Below, piece after piece: positions 9,348-18,863 of a stretch of DNA of 64,000 nt. Source of the stretch: an uncultured Acidobacteriota bacterium (GTDB lineage: Bacteria > Acidobacteriota > UBA6911); assembly GCA_963827655.1 (NCBI GenBank), contig CAWHCF010000029.1:160001-224000 (forward strand), given 5' to 3'. Positions within the stretch are counted from its first letter, which is position 1. Every line of letters starts with the position of its first letter. The notes beneath the pieces were generated by a model. The model did not search any database. It was not told the DNA's origin and saw only the letters and a program-made list of their open reading frames with translations. The position numbers and the translations under genes are program-made.

Positions 9348-10340
9348 CTAGCGGAACATCGTGTCACGAAACGAAGAGGGTCGGTTCATTTCCGGGCAAT
9401 TCCAGGTCTGGCGAACGATGTAAGGAGCCTTACCCTGTGATTCAAAGTAAGTGCGAATAATAAGCTCGGCGACCAGACCCATCAGAATGAATTGAACTCC
9501 AACGATGAATAGAAACACCGACAGCAAGAGAAGCGGATTCCGGTGCGCCCTGATTTGATTGATGAACTTATCCACCAGCGTCCACGCGGCAAAAAAGGTC
9601 CCGGCGCCGCATGCCAGCAATCCCACACCGCCGAAGAAGTACATCGGCTTGGTTGAATAACTGCCGAGCATCTTGACCGTGATCAGATCGAGTATGACTT
9701 TGAAGGTGCGGCTCAGTCCGTACTTGCTCGAGCCGCTCACCCTCGGATGATGTTTGACGGGAATCTCGGTGACCTTGGCTCCGGCCCAGGATGCGTAGAT
9801 CGGGATGAAACGATGCATCTCGCCGTAGAGTCGAATGTGCCCCAGAATTTCGCGCCGATAGCCCTTCAAGGTGCAGCCATAGTCATGCAGACGAACCCCG
9901 CCGATGCGAGAAATAAGCATGTTGGCCAGCCGGGACGGAAGTCTTCGAGTCAACCAGGCGTCCTTCCGATCGCTGCGCCAGCAACTAACCACGTCAAATC
10001 CCTCTCTCAACTTGGCGAGTATCGCGGGGATGTCCCGTGGATCATTTTGCATGTCGGCGTCGATGGCTACCAGAAGCTCGCCGGTGGCGAAGTCGAAGGC
10101 GGCGGCGATCGCGGCCGTTTGCCCGAAATTACGTCGAAATTGAATCAATTTGAGCCGTGGCTTTGACCGGGCGGCCTCGATCAGGTAGTCAATGCCTCCA
10201 TCGGTGCTTCCATCATCGACGATCACGACCTCATAGTTTTCCCCTGTTTGCTCGAGGACGTTGAAAAGCTCCATCAAGAACGGCTTCAGGTTTTCCCGTT
10301 CGTTGAAAACAGGCGCGATGATCGAAATCTTTTCCTTCAT
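9348..10340 (-). CDS. GT2 polyprenol-phosphate glycosyltransferase (ArnC/DPM1-like)
   Basis: PVFNERENL, VDDGSTDG, RRNFGQTAA, DADMQNDP, DYGCTLK, GEMHRFIP; two C-terminal TM helices. Confidence 0.92.
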   Translation of the reverse strand: MKEKISIIAPVFNERENLKPFLMELFNVLEQTGENYEVVIVDDGSTDGGIDYLIEAARSKPRLKLIQFRRNFGQTAAIAAAFDFATGELLVAIDADMQNDPRDIPAILAKLREGFDVVSCWRSDRKDAWLTRRLPSRLANMLISRIGGVRLHDYGCTLKGYRREILGHIRLYGEMHRFIPIYASWAGAKVTEIPVKHHPRVSGSSKYGLSRTFKVILDLITVKMLGSYSTKPMYFFGGVGLLACGAGTFFAAWTLVDKFINQIRAHRNPLLLLSVFLFIVGVQFILMGLVAELIIRTYFESQGKAPYIVRQTWNCPEMNRPSSFRDTMFR

Positions 10341-11317
10341 GAAAACTTGGCTTCGAGCGTGGCGATTTCCTGGGCGTCACTGCGGTTCTTGAAGAAGAGG
10401 TACACGACGCCGCCTGGAATCGCAGACAAGATTATGGCTGCCGACGAAAGCAGACCCAGGGCGATACAGGATTCGGACGAGACACCGATGGCGCTGAAAA
10501 GGCTCATGAAAGCATATTCCCGGAGCCCCATCCCATTCAGGCTGACCGGAATCATCGAGATCAAGGTGATGATGGGAACAAAAACCAGGAAATAAAGAAA
10601 CGGGACGTGAAGCTGCAAGCCTTCAGACATGATCCAGGTGACCGATATGACGAGGAACTGATTGATAAAAGAAATTGCCAGAGAGGCAACCAGAATATGC
10701 CATTCGCGTCCCATGACCTGAAACGCGCTCGAAATAGCATCGATCTTCGCCGCCAGTTTCGACATCTTGAAACTGTGAAGAAAATTGGTCACGAACTTGT
10801 GAAGCGAGGGAGTAAATATCGCCACATTGGTGAACAGAAACGTGACGAAGGCGGCCCAGACGACCAGCGATGCGGGAATGCCCGGAATAGCGGTCGGTAG
10901 TACAGTCACGGCGGCGCACGCGATCAGCATCATAGCCAGCATTCCCGCGTCACGGTCCAGGAATGTGGCGGCAAAGCTTCGAGCATACTGTCTGGAAGGC
11001 TTCCCGGCGTAATACATCTTGACTACGTCGCCGCCTACTACGGTGGGAAGCGCCAGATTGAAAAACAGGCCGATACAGTAGATGCCGAAAAGGCGGCCGC
11101 GCGAGAGAACGGGCATCAAGGGACGCATCAGCATGCGCCAGCGAAAGATGCAAACATAGTGTGCAACCCACAACACGGTGAAGCTCAATACCAGCAGGCC
11201 GATGCGCGCATGAGCCAGCGTCATCGAAAATTGGTGAAAATCTACCTTTCTGAACAGGAGAAACATCAGCGTTACAGTTACTGCGGTCTTGATCACAGCC
11301 GGAAGAAACTTCGTCAT
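10337..11317 (-). CDS. Lysylphosphatidylglycerol synthase TM domain / UPF0104 flippase-like membrane protein
   Basis: RW..L, GLFFNLALPTVVGGDVVK, DR and IPVSLNGMGLRE motifs. Confidence 0.85.
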   Translation of the reverse strand: MTKFLPAVIKTAVTVTLMFLLFRKVDFHQFSMTLAHARIGLLVLSFTVLWVAHYVCIFRWRMLMRPLMPVLSRGRLFGIYCIGLFFNLALPTVVGGDVVKMYYAGKPSRQYARSFAATFLDRDAGMLAMMLIACAAVTVLPTAIPGIPASLVVWAAFVTFLFTNVAIFTPSLHKFVTNFLHSFKMSKLAAKIDAISSAFQVMGREWHILVASLAISFINQFLVISVTWIMSEGLQLHVPFLYFLVFVPIITLISMIPVSLNGMGLREYAFMSLFSAIGVSSESCIALGLLSSAAIILSAIPGGVVYLFFKNRSDAQEIATLEAKFS

Positions 11318-13053
11318 GGACTCTCGCGCGATTCTTTTTCGTTAAGGGGCCGGTTGGAAACCAGGAGCAGCTCGTTTCCGGCCCACAATTCATCATCCAG
11401 CAGAAACCGAAACTGAGTAATCAGACGCGGACGGCGATCCAAGACGTACAGTATGAGGTCGCGGGTTCCTACGAAATAGTTGTAATCGTTTTCGGTTACG
11501 ACGCAGAAGATCGACTTCGAGGACGTGAACCGTCGGACCATCGCGTCCGGGTCGAATTCTTCAAAGACTGGCCGCCTGAGATAGTAAACCATGCTGGGGA
11601 CGGTGGCTACGTAGTAACCGACTTCGTCGCCTGGCCGGCTCTGTTCTTCGATCAACTTGCACATTTCTCTTACCGGCCGGTAGGGCTCGATTGAAGGAAG
11701 ATAGACAAAGCTGGCCAGCACCAACATTGCCCACATCGGAGCCGCCAATCCGGCGAAGCAGCGGTGAAGTTTTCCTCGCAATACCTGCCAGGCGAGCAGA
11801 AGCGAGGAAGGGAGCAGAATGGCTGACGGGAGATAATGCAGCACAATCGGCGAATCCGGAAGCATGGCGCGCAGCAGAACCAGCAGGAAAATAGAAATTC
11901 CAAAGATCCCGACGGCCGCAATGAAGAATACCCACGTCCAGGGATAAAAAAGCCGGGTTTTCTCCGTACTGTCTCGCGCAAGGAGGCTTCGTTCTATCAA
12001 GCCCGCGATCAGAACGGCCATCATCGGATAGATCGGAGCGATGTAGTATTCCTGCTTGTTCTTCGATAACGAAAACAAAACGAAAGCCACAGCGCACCAG
12101 AACAGCGGGAAGCCGTAGGACAGCGCATAAGCCTGGCGCAGATGCTTTCGAGACCGCCACAAGTAGTAACCCGCCACGGCCGAGAGGATGGACCAGGGGA
12201 AGAAGTCGAAGGCATACGCAGGTATGTAGTAGAAGGGGCCGCGCGCCGGTCCGAACGATATCGCGGCAAACCGGCCCAGATTATCTCTCAAGAAAAACGA
12301 TGCGATATAGGTCCAGCCATGGGTCATGTAGATCAGGAGGTACCATGGCAGTACGATCGCAGCAAACACGAGGGCCCCGGCGAAGGGCCGCGTCTCGCGA
12401 GGCGAAAACCTCCCGGCCCACAGCGACCAGAGAAGGTAGGTGGCTCCTGGAATGATCAACGCGATCGGTCCTTTGGTCAAAAAACCCAGGGCGCAGAACG
12501 CATAGACCCAAAACCAGCTCGCCAGTGACGGAGGGTTTCGTCGAAGGGCTCTTAACAAGAAAAAAACCGTTCCCGTAAGCCAGAAGAGAAGGATGATGTC
12601 GATTGGAAGTTTTCGAGCCAGGACGAAAAAACGGGCGCAGGTGCCCAGAATAATGGTGGCCAGGATCCCAGCGGTCGCGGAAAAGAGCATGCGGCCGATT
12701 CCATAGGTAAACAGCAAGACTCCAACGGCCGCCAGCGCTCCGGGCAGCCGCACCGAGAACTCGGAGACTCCCAGGAGCTGATACGAGAGCAGGATCAGCC
12801 AATAGGTCAGCGGAGGCTTCTGAGCTCTCGGCTGGTAATTGAAGCGGGGCGCGAGATAATCTCCGCTTTCCAGCATCTCTCTCGGCGTCTCGGCATAGAA
12901 CGACTCATTGGCGTCCCACAGGGATGAAGTGCCCAGATTCACGAAGTAGGGGAGCGCGACCGCTGCGAGAATGAATACCTGGACCGGAGCCGCTGTCAGG
13001 CGAAAGGCGGCGAGGCGAGCGATAACAACCATCCAAGGATTTCCGAATCTCAA
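11314..13053 (-). CDS. ArnT/PMT-like (GT39/GT83) lipid-carrier glycosyltransferase
   Basis: LWDANESFYAETPREMLESGDY..P, KPPLTYW, RLPGAL, LTKGP, SKNKQEYYIAPIYP. The start may be ATG 13032. Confidence 0.88.
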   Translation of the reverse strand: MRFGNPWMVVIARLAAFRLTAAPVQVFILAAVALPYFVNLGTSSLWDANESFYAETPREMLESGDYLAPRFNYQPRAQKPPLTYWLILLSYQLLGVSEFSVRLPGALAAVGVLLFTYGIGRMLFSATAGILATIILGTCARFFVLARKLPIDIILLFWLTGTVFFLLRALRRNPPSLASWFWVYAFCALGFLTKGPIALIIPGATYLLWSLWAGRFSPRETRPFAGALVFAAIVLPWYLLIYMTHGWTYIASFFLRDNLGRFAAISFGPARGPFYYIPAYAFDFFPWSILSAVAGYYLWRSRKHLRQAYALSYGFPLFWCAVAFVLFSLSKNKQEYYIAPIYPMMAVLIAGLIERSLLARDSTEKTRLFYPWTWVFFIAAVGIFGISIFLLVLLRAMLPDSPIVLHYLPSAILLPSSLLLAWQVLRGKLHRCFAGLAAPMWAMLVLASFVYLPSIEPYRPVREMCKLIEEQSRPGDEVGYYVATVPSMVYYLRRPVFEEFDPDAMVRRFTSSKSIFCVVTENDYNYFVGTRDLILYVLDRRPRLITQFRFLLDDELWAGNELLLVSNRPLNEKESRESP

Positions 13054-13062
13054 AGTGATCGC

Positions 13063-13114
13063 CCTGGCGTCTTTGCGGTTGTACTATCCAGCCGACTAGA
13101 CGCGAAGGAAAGCG
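13063..13114. repeat. Degenerate octamer-family element
   Basis: CCTGGCGTCTTTGCGGTT ... AGACGCGAAGGAAAGCG. Confidence 0.5.
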
Positions 13115-13129
13115 TACCGGTCCTTGATC

Positions 13130-15631
13130 TCAAAAGAGCGACCGCTGAATCTCCTCGAAAACCTCTTCAGCGGACCGCGATCGGGGCCGGCCGGCAAGAT
13201 CTATTTCCTTTCTCTCGAGGCGCTCGAGGATCTCGCCGGCCCTCCGCAGCACCTCCCGCGGCAAACCTGCCAGGCGAGCGACTTCAATTCCATAGCTCTT
13301 GTCGGCTGTTCCAGGAACGACCCGCCGCAAGAACACGATGTCATTTCCGGCTTCCTGGATTGCCATACAGTAATTCTTAACTCCGGGATGGACTCCGGAC
13401 ATCTTGGTAAGCTCGTGATAATGAGTTGCGAAAAGGGTCTTTGCCTTGTGCTGCTGGTGCTGAACCAGATACTCGGCGACCGCCCAGGCAATGGACAACC
13501 CATCGAATGTAGCGGTGCCGCGGCCAACTTCGTCCAGCAAAATCAAGCTGCGGTGGGTGGCGGTATTGAGTATGTTGGCGGTCTCAATCATTTCCACCAT
13601 GAACGTCGAACGGCCGCGGGCGAGATTGTCGGACGCGCCCACGCGAGTGTAGATCCGGTCCACGAGCCCGAGCCGAGCCTCTTTTGCCGGCACGAAACAA
13701 CCTATTTGCGCCAGAATGACGATCAGCGCCGCCTGTCGCAGATACGTTGATTTGCCTCCCATATTGGGTCCGGTCAGAATGATGAGTTGGTCGGCGCCGG
13801 TATTGAGATACAGGTCATTGGGAATGAACGGACGGCTTTCGAACTCCACCACCGGATGCCGCCCATGTTTGATGTAGATCTCGTCACTATCATTCAGCTC
13901 CGGGCGCACGTAATCGTTTTTCACGGCGACCTCAGCCAGGGCAGTGTAGGCGTCCAATTCTGCTAAAAGACGCGCGACCGAACGAATCCTTGCGCCTTCT
14001 CCGGCGACGCTGCTTCGGACGCCGGCGAAAAGTTCGCGCTCCAGGACGCTAATGCGCTCTTCCGCGCCCAGGACTTTCTCCTCGTAAGCCTGGAGTTCCT
14101 CGGTGACGAAACGCTCGCAATTGACCAAAGTCTGTTTTCGAATGTAGTCGGATGGTATCTGGGGAAGATTCGGTTTGGTTACTTCGATGAAGTAGCCGAA
14201 TATCTGGTTGAACTTGACCTTCAGTGAGTGAATTCCCGTGCGCTGCCGCTCCCTGGTTTCGAGGGCGGCGATGTAACCTTTGCCGCTCTGGCGAATGGAA
14301 CGAAGTTCGTCCAGCTCGGCGGAGTAACCGGACCGGATAATTCCGGGGTCGGTTGCAGAAGCCGGAGGGTTGTCGGCAACGGCGGTCTGAATCAACTCGG
14401 CGACATCGGCCAGATCGTCGAGTTCGGCCCGGATAGCAGACAACCGCGGAGCATCGAGGCCGTCCAGCGAGGCGCGGAGTGAGGGTATTTCCAGGAACGA
14501 ATCGCGCAGTGCCACCAGGTCGCGCGGGTTCGCAGTTCCGACGATGACGCGACTCACCAGCCGCTCCAGGTCATGGATAAGCGACAGCTTCTGAGCGATC
14601 CGGTCATGCACGCGAATGTCGGCAGCAAGCACCTCCACGGCATCCTGGCGCCGGCGCAGGTGGGCAAGATCTCGGAGCGGAGCCAGCACCCACGATTTCA
14701 GAAGCCGGCCACCCATGCTTGTGCGGGTATGATCGATCAGGGACAGAAGCGATCCCTTGCGATTCCCGTCCACGGTCTGAATCAACTCCAGATTGGTGAT
14801 GGTTGAAGAGTCAAGCTTCAGATAGTCGCTCGATTCGTAGAACTGCAGCGCGCCGATTTGTCCCGACTGCGCCAGCTGGGTCTCCTTGATATAGTGAACC
14901 AGGGCTCCTGCCGCGCAGATGGATAGGCGGCGGTTTTCACACCCGAAGCCGGCAAGGGTGGCAACTCCAAAATGCTGCATCAGCAATCGCTGGGCATAGT
15001 CGAGATTGAAGGCCCAGCCGTCCAACGGGCTTGCCACCCACCCGGGCGGCAAGTCCTTGGATAACCTCTGGCGCAGGCCCTCGCTGGAATGGTCCGGCAT
15101 GATGATCTCCCGGGGTCGAAATCGGGTCAGCTCATCGATGCCTTTTTGCCACGAGTCCTCACCGGTGAACTCCGTGGTTACAAAATCTGATGTGGAAAAG
15201 TCCATCAGGGCCAATCCGGTCCCCTCGTCATCCGCAATCAGGCTTCCCAGATAATTGTGATCCTTGGGTTCAAGCAGCATCTCCTCCACGACGGTGCCGG
15301 GAGTCAGAATACGGGTGACCTCCCGCTGCACGAGTTTTTTTGCCGTCCGAGGGTCTTCTACCTGTTCGCAAATGGCAATCTTGAATCCTTTCTTCAGCAA
15401 TCGAGCGATGTAGCCATCTACGGAATGGAACGGGACACCGCACATCGGGATCGCGGATCCCGTCTTATCCTTGTTTCGCGCTGTCAGGGTAATCTCTAAT
15501 TCGCGGGCGGCAACTATCGCGTCCTCGTAAAACATTTCATAGAAATCTCCCAGACGAAAGAAGACGAGCTTTCCGGGAAAGCGCCGCTTCACTTCGTGAT
15601 ACTGCTTCATCATCGGTGTAAAATCTTCCAT
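13130..15631 (-). CDS. mutS: DNA mismatch repair protein MutS
   Basis: TPMMKQY, FFRLGDFYEMF, TGPNMGGKST, STFMVEM, DEVGRGT, FATHYHEL, SYGIEVARLAG. Confidence 0.98.
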   Translation of the reverse strand: MEDFTPMMKQYHEVKRRFPGKLVFFRLGDFYEMFYEDAIVAARELEITLTARNKDKTGSAIPMCGVPFHSVDGYIARLLKKGFKIAICEQVEDPRTAKKLVQREVTRILTPGTVVEEMLLEPKDHNYLGSLIADDEGTGLALMDFSTSDFVTTEFTGEDSWQKGIDELTRFRPREIIMPDHSSEGLRQRLSKDLPPGWVASPLDGWAFNLDYAQRLLMQHFGVATLAGFGCENRRLSICAAGALVHYIKETQLAQSGQIGALQFYESSDYLKLDSSTITNLELIQTVDGNRKGSLLSLIDHTRTSMGGRLLKSWVLAPLRDLAHLRRRQDAVEVLAADIRVHDRIAQKLSLIHDLERLVSRVIVGTANPRDLVALRDSFLEIPSLRASLDGLDAPRLSAIRAELDDLADVAELIQTAVADNPPASATDPGIIRSGYSAELDELRSIRQSGKGYIAALETRERQRTGIHSLKVKFNQIFGYFIEVTKPNLPQIPSDYIRKQTLVNCERFVTEELQAYEEKVLGAEERISVLERELFAGVRSSVAGEGARIRSVARLLAELDAYTALAEVAVKNDYVRPELNDSDEIYIKHGRHPVVEFESRPFIPNDLYLNTGADQLIILTGPNMGGKSTYLRQAALIVILAQIGCFVPAKEARLGLVDRIYTRVGASDNLARGRSTFMVEMIETANILNTATHRSLILLDEVGRGTATFDGLSIAWAVAEYLVQHQQHKAKTLFATHYHELTKMSGVHPGVKNYCMAIQEAGNDIVFLRRVVPGTADKSYGIEVARLAGLPREVLRRAGEILERLERKEIDLAGRPRSRSAEEVFEEIQRSLF

Positions 15632-15648
15632 CCGGGAATCCTTCGAAC

Positions 15649-15706
15649 CCTCTGTGTCTTCACGGTGGCTCTGGTTCAGCCTTCACCGCGAAGTTGCGAG
15701 GACGCC
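15649..15706. repeat. Degenerate octamer-family two-arm element upstream of mutS
   Basis: CCTCTGTGTCTTCACGGTG ... CACCGCGAAGTTGCGAGGACGCC. Confidence 0.5.
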
Positions 15707-15800
15707 GTATTAATACCAGAAATGAAGCGCTGAACTGAACCTAATGTGGGAGAGCGCTGCCTGGCCTGTCCCCAAGGATGACTGGAAATGGCTCAAATCC

Positions 15801-15830
15801 TTGCACTTACTAAGTTACGCAGTATATAAT
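15801..15830 (+). promoter_or_regulatory. sigma70-type promoter for tsaB-rimI
   Basis: TTGCAC-18 nt-TATAAT. Confidence 0.55.
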
Positions 15831-15957
15831 CCGCTCTCAGCATTGTCAATGAGGACACCCCGGGACCTACTGCAGCAAGCATCAGTCTCGGCTGGGAATT
15901 TCTCTTTCTCTGTTGCGCGGATATTCGAGCGGAACTGATGCCATGGGGAAAGCAGTC

Positions 15958-16641
15958 TTGAAAATACTCGCGCTGGACACTTCAACGACGCGCGGGAGCG
16001 TAGCCCTTCTTGCCGGTGAAGAGGTAATTGCAGATTTGCGTTTGCTGTCAAAGGATCAGCATTCCGAGCGGCTGTTGGGTTCCATCGATTTCCTGCTGAG
16101 GAACAGCGGTTGGACTCTCCCACAGTTGAACCTCATCGCCGTAGGTATTGGCCCCGGTTCATTCACGGGGATCAGGATCGGAGTTTCGACCGCGCTTGGC
16201 CTGGCCCAATCGCTTTCCTGTCCGCTTGCCTGCGTCTCGCGGTTGGATGCGCTGGCTCAAGAAATGGGTTTCCTCAACGGCAGAATTGGCATTGTGATGG
16301 ATGCTCAGCGCTTGCAGGTGTATTACGCTGAATACAGAGCCGGGCAGGGGCGGGTCCACAGAGTGCGCCGGCCCGCGCTCTGGTTTCCTCGGGATCTTGA
16401 ACCGGCGCTCGGCCGCAAGCAGGTGTATGTTGCCGGCGATGGCGCGGTTCGATACGCCAGAGAGCTCAGAATCTCCGCGACCGGCCGCCGGCGTCTGGTC
16501 GTCATGGATCTTTTCCTTGCAGCAGCGATCGCGCGACTGGCGCTCACTCGCAGGCGAAGCTGGCGTTCCGGAGATTTCCTTAAGGCAGAACCACTTTATA
16601 TTCGCCCTCCGGACGCCCTCAGAAGCAGGAAGCGGCGGTAA
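15958..16641 (+). CDS. tsaB: tRNA threonylcarbamoyladenosine biosynthesis protein TsaB
   Basis: ILALDTST, HSERLL, GPGSFTGIRIG, EPLYIR; TTG start. Confidence 0.93.
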   Translation: MKILALDTSTTRGSVALLAGEEVIADLRLLSKDQHSERLLGSIDFLLRNSGWTLPQLNLIAVGIGPGSFTGIRIGVSTALGLAQSLSCPLACVSRLDALAQEMGFLNGRIGIVMDAQRLQVYYAEYRAGQGRVHRVRRPALWFPRDLEPALGRKQVYVAGDGAVRYARELRISATGRRRLVVMDLFLAAAIARLALTRRRSWRSGDFLKAEPLYIRPPDALRSRKRR

Positions 16642-16642
16642 C

Positions 16643-17104
16643 ATGAATTTGACTTCTTATTTGTCCCTGTTGACGGTCGAGGACATTCCGTCACTGCAAC
16701 AGTTGGAAGAAGAGACTCACCTTTCATTCTGGGGCAGAGAGAACTACCGCAAGTTCCTCGAGGAATTTCCGGAATATTTCGGATGTAAGGTGATGGTGTG
16801 GCATGAGGAAGAGCACCGGCTGGCCGGTTTCCTTCTGGCCCGTTCTCTTTTCGAGAATCTGGAGGTCCTGAAGGTTGGCGTCTCGCCCGAGTTCCATCGC
16901 AAGGGATTGGGAACCGCGCTGATGGAGGCCGCCTACGCGGAAGGAATCAAGCGAGGGTGCCGCCGCTGTTTCCTCGAGGTCAGAAAGTCGAATCGCCCTG
17001 CAATTGAGTTTTACTATCGCCACAGGTTCAGGATCGCGGGGTCGCGGCTTAACTACTACTCTGACCCGGTCGAAGACGCCTGGATCATGGAACGCAAGCT
17101 ATGA
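16643..17104 (+). CDS. rimI: Ribosomal-protein-alanine N-acetyltransferase
   Basis: GNAT motif V.PEFHRKGLG, FLEVRKSN..AI.FY, R.NYY.DPVEDA; follows tsaB. Confidence 0.9.
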   Translation: MNLTSYLSLLTVEDIPSLQQLEEETHLSFWGRENYRKFLEEFPEYFGCKVMVWHEEEHRLAGFLLARSLFENLEVLKVGVSPEFHRKGLGTALMEAAYAEGIKRGCRRCFLEVRKSNRPAIEFYYRHRFRIAGSRLNYYSDPVEDAWIMERKL

Positions 17105-17112
17105 GGGACAAT

Positions 17113-17149
17113 CCTTGCGTTTCTTCGCGTCTCGGTGTCTTCGTGGTGA
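17113..17149. repeat. Octamer-family single arm between convergent genes
   Basis: CCTTGCGTTTCTTCGCGTCTCGGTGTCTTCGTGGTGA. Confidence 0.8.
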
Positions 17150-17157
17150 GGCGATAC

Positions 17158-17949
17158 TCAAAACAGCCCTTTAACCAAACCCCCGTCTACCTGGATGGTC
17201 GTCCCGGTGATGTAACTGGCGCGATCGGATGCGAGGAACGTGACCAGGGCGGCCAGCTCTTCCGGCTCGGCCAGTCTACCTAGTGGAACCAGCCTCTCCC
17301 AGCCCTTGAGCACTTCGGCAGCGGGTGTGCCGGAGCGTTGAGCCTGAGATTCGGCAACCTGAAGAAGACGGTCGGTCTTCGTGTATCCGGGACAGACGGT
17401 ATTGACCAGGATGTTGAAGGGTCCCAGCTCATTGGCCAAGGATTTGGCCAACCCGGCCACTCCCGCCCGCACAGCATTGGAAAGTATGAGACCGTCGATG
17501 GGCTGTTTGACCGCCACCGACGTGACATTGATGATGCGCCCCCAGCGTTGCTGCTTCATCAAGGGAATGACCAGGCGGCAGAGCTGGACCGCGCTCAGAA
17601 AATTGAGCTCGAGGGCGTTCCTCCACGACGCGGGAGTATGTGCCTCAAAAGGACCGGCCGGGGGGCCCCCGGCATTATTGACCAGGATGTGAACCGTGTT
17701 CCACTCCTCACACACGGTTTTCACCAGCCGCTCGGCGTCGCTTTCGCTGCTGACATCAGCTTCGACAGGAAGGATGGGACTGCCGATCCTTGAGTGAATA
17801 TCGGCCGCGGCCGCCTCGAGCGGCGCCTTGGTCCTGGCGCACATCGCAACCTTCGCCCCTTCGCGGGCCAGGCTTTCGGCGATGGCTCGCCCAAGTCCCT
17901 TGCTGCTGCCGCAGACCAGGGCGACCCTGCCGTTGATTCCGAGGTCCAT
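17158..17949 (-). CDS. SDR family oxidoreductase (3-oxoacyl-ACP reductase-like)
   Basis: GSSKGLG, LVNNAGGP, SNAVRAG, YITGTTIQVDGG. Confidence 0.9.
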   Translation of the reverse strand: MDLGINGRVALVCGSSKGLGRAIAESLAREGAKVAMCARTKAPLEAAAADIHSRIGSPILPVEADVSSESDAERLVKTVCEEWNTVHILVNNAGGPPAGPFEAHTPASWRNALELNFLSAVQLCRLVIPLMKQQRWGRIINVTSVAVKQPIDGLILSNAVRAGVAGLAKSLANELGPFNILVNTVCPGYTKTDRLLQVAESQAQRSGTPAAEVLKGWERLVPLGRLAEPEELAALVTFLASDRASYITGTTIQVDGGLVKGLF

Positions 17950-17961
17950 ATGCCGCCCGGC

Positions 17962-18312
17962 TCAACGTTTGTGGAAATAAGTGTCGGTATGGTCGAGCCA
18001 GTCCTGACGAATAGGACTGAAAATATCGATATCCAGCGTGTCCTCGAGCGCCAGGGCCTTGTGCGGCACGTTCGGCGGAATTACTAAGACCTGACCCGCC
18101 TTAAGGACCAACTCCTCGCCTCCCACCCAAAACTTCAGAGCTCCCTCGACGATGTAACTGATCTGCTCGCTGACATGAGAGTGTTCGGGCACCAGGGCAT
18201 CCTTCTTGAGATAGACCTGGGCTATCATTTCGTTTGCGCCGGTAATGATTCTTCGTGAGATGTCGTGGGTAACTCCCTCCCACGCCATGTCGCTCCACGA
18301 GTGGATCTGCAT
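17962..18312 (-). CDS. Cupin domain protein
   Basis: VPEHSHVSEQ...G and IPPNVPH cupin motifs; DIFSPIRQDW. Confidence 0.9.
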   Translation of the reverse strand: MQIHSWSDMAWEGVTHDISRRIITGANEMIAQVYLKKDALVPEHSHVSEQISYIVEGALKFWVGGEELVLKAGQVLVIPPNVPHKALALEDTLDIDIFSPIRQDWLDHTDTYFHKR

Positions 18313-18390
18313 ATTTCCCTCCTGGTCCTGTTGGCGTCTTAGCGATGAATTTCGTTATCAGGTCCGCCCAGGATAGCAGAGGTGCCCTCC

Positions 18391-18419
18391 TTGAGTCGCA
18401 TTTTTATTAATGGTAGTAT
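18391..18419 (+). promoter_or_regulatory. sigma70-type promoter for CMD-MFS
   Basis: TTGAGT-17 nt-TAGTAT with extended TG. Confidence 0.5.
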
Positions 18420-18492
18420 CCGTCGATTAATCGCACTCATTGACGAGTATGGCTGGAAGAACTCGAATTTGAGAAAGGAGCCAAGCTGGCCC

Positions 18493-18855
18493 ATGAAAAA
18501 CCGCACCGTTGAGCCGAATACCCCCACCACGAGCACGCCCGAGCCTCAAACGGGCTGGCCGTCTTACACGATGGTGGAGGAGCGGATGAGGAAGATCTAC
18601 TTCGAGTTCTACCAGGCGACGTACAAGCCGACCAAGATTGATAGAAAGACCAAAGAACTCATAGCCATCGCCGCTTCACTCGGATTCCGATGCCAGGGAT
18701 GCCTCAACGGCCACATCAAGAAAGCCAAGAAGTTTGGCGCCTCTCCTGAAGAGATCAGCGAAACAATCGCCATCGCGATGGGGGTAGCGGCTGCCTCGGT
18801 CGTGGACCTCACGGATGTCGCAGCCGAGCGATTGCAGATAAAGCACTTCGAATAG
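18493..18855 (+). CDS. Carboxymuconolactone decarboxylase/AhpD family protein
   Basis: KTKELIAIAAS...CQGCLNGH..KA...GASPEEI (AhpD core with CxxC); SD AAAGGAG before 18493; start uncertain. Confidence 0.85.
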   Translation: MKNRTVEPNTPTTSTPEPQTGWPSYTMVEERMRKIYFEFYQATYKPTKIDRKTKELIAIAASLGFRCQGCLNGHIKKAKKFGASPEEISETIAIAMGVAAASVVDLTDVAAERLQIKHFE

Positions 18856-18863
18856 TCCCGCCC

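Noticed and set aside
15746-15842. Glycine riboswitch (GGAGAG...CTCTCAG)
   Set aside because: CCGAAG core and P1 pairing are absent, a promoter lies inside it, and the downstream genes are unrelated.
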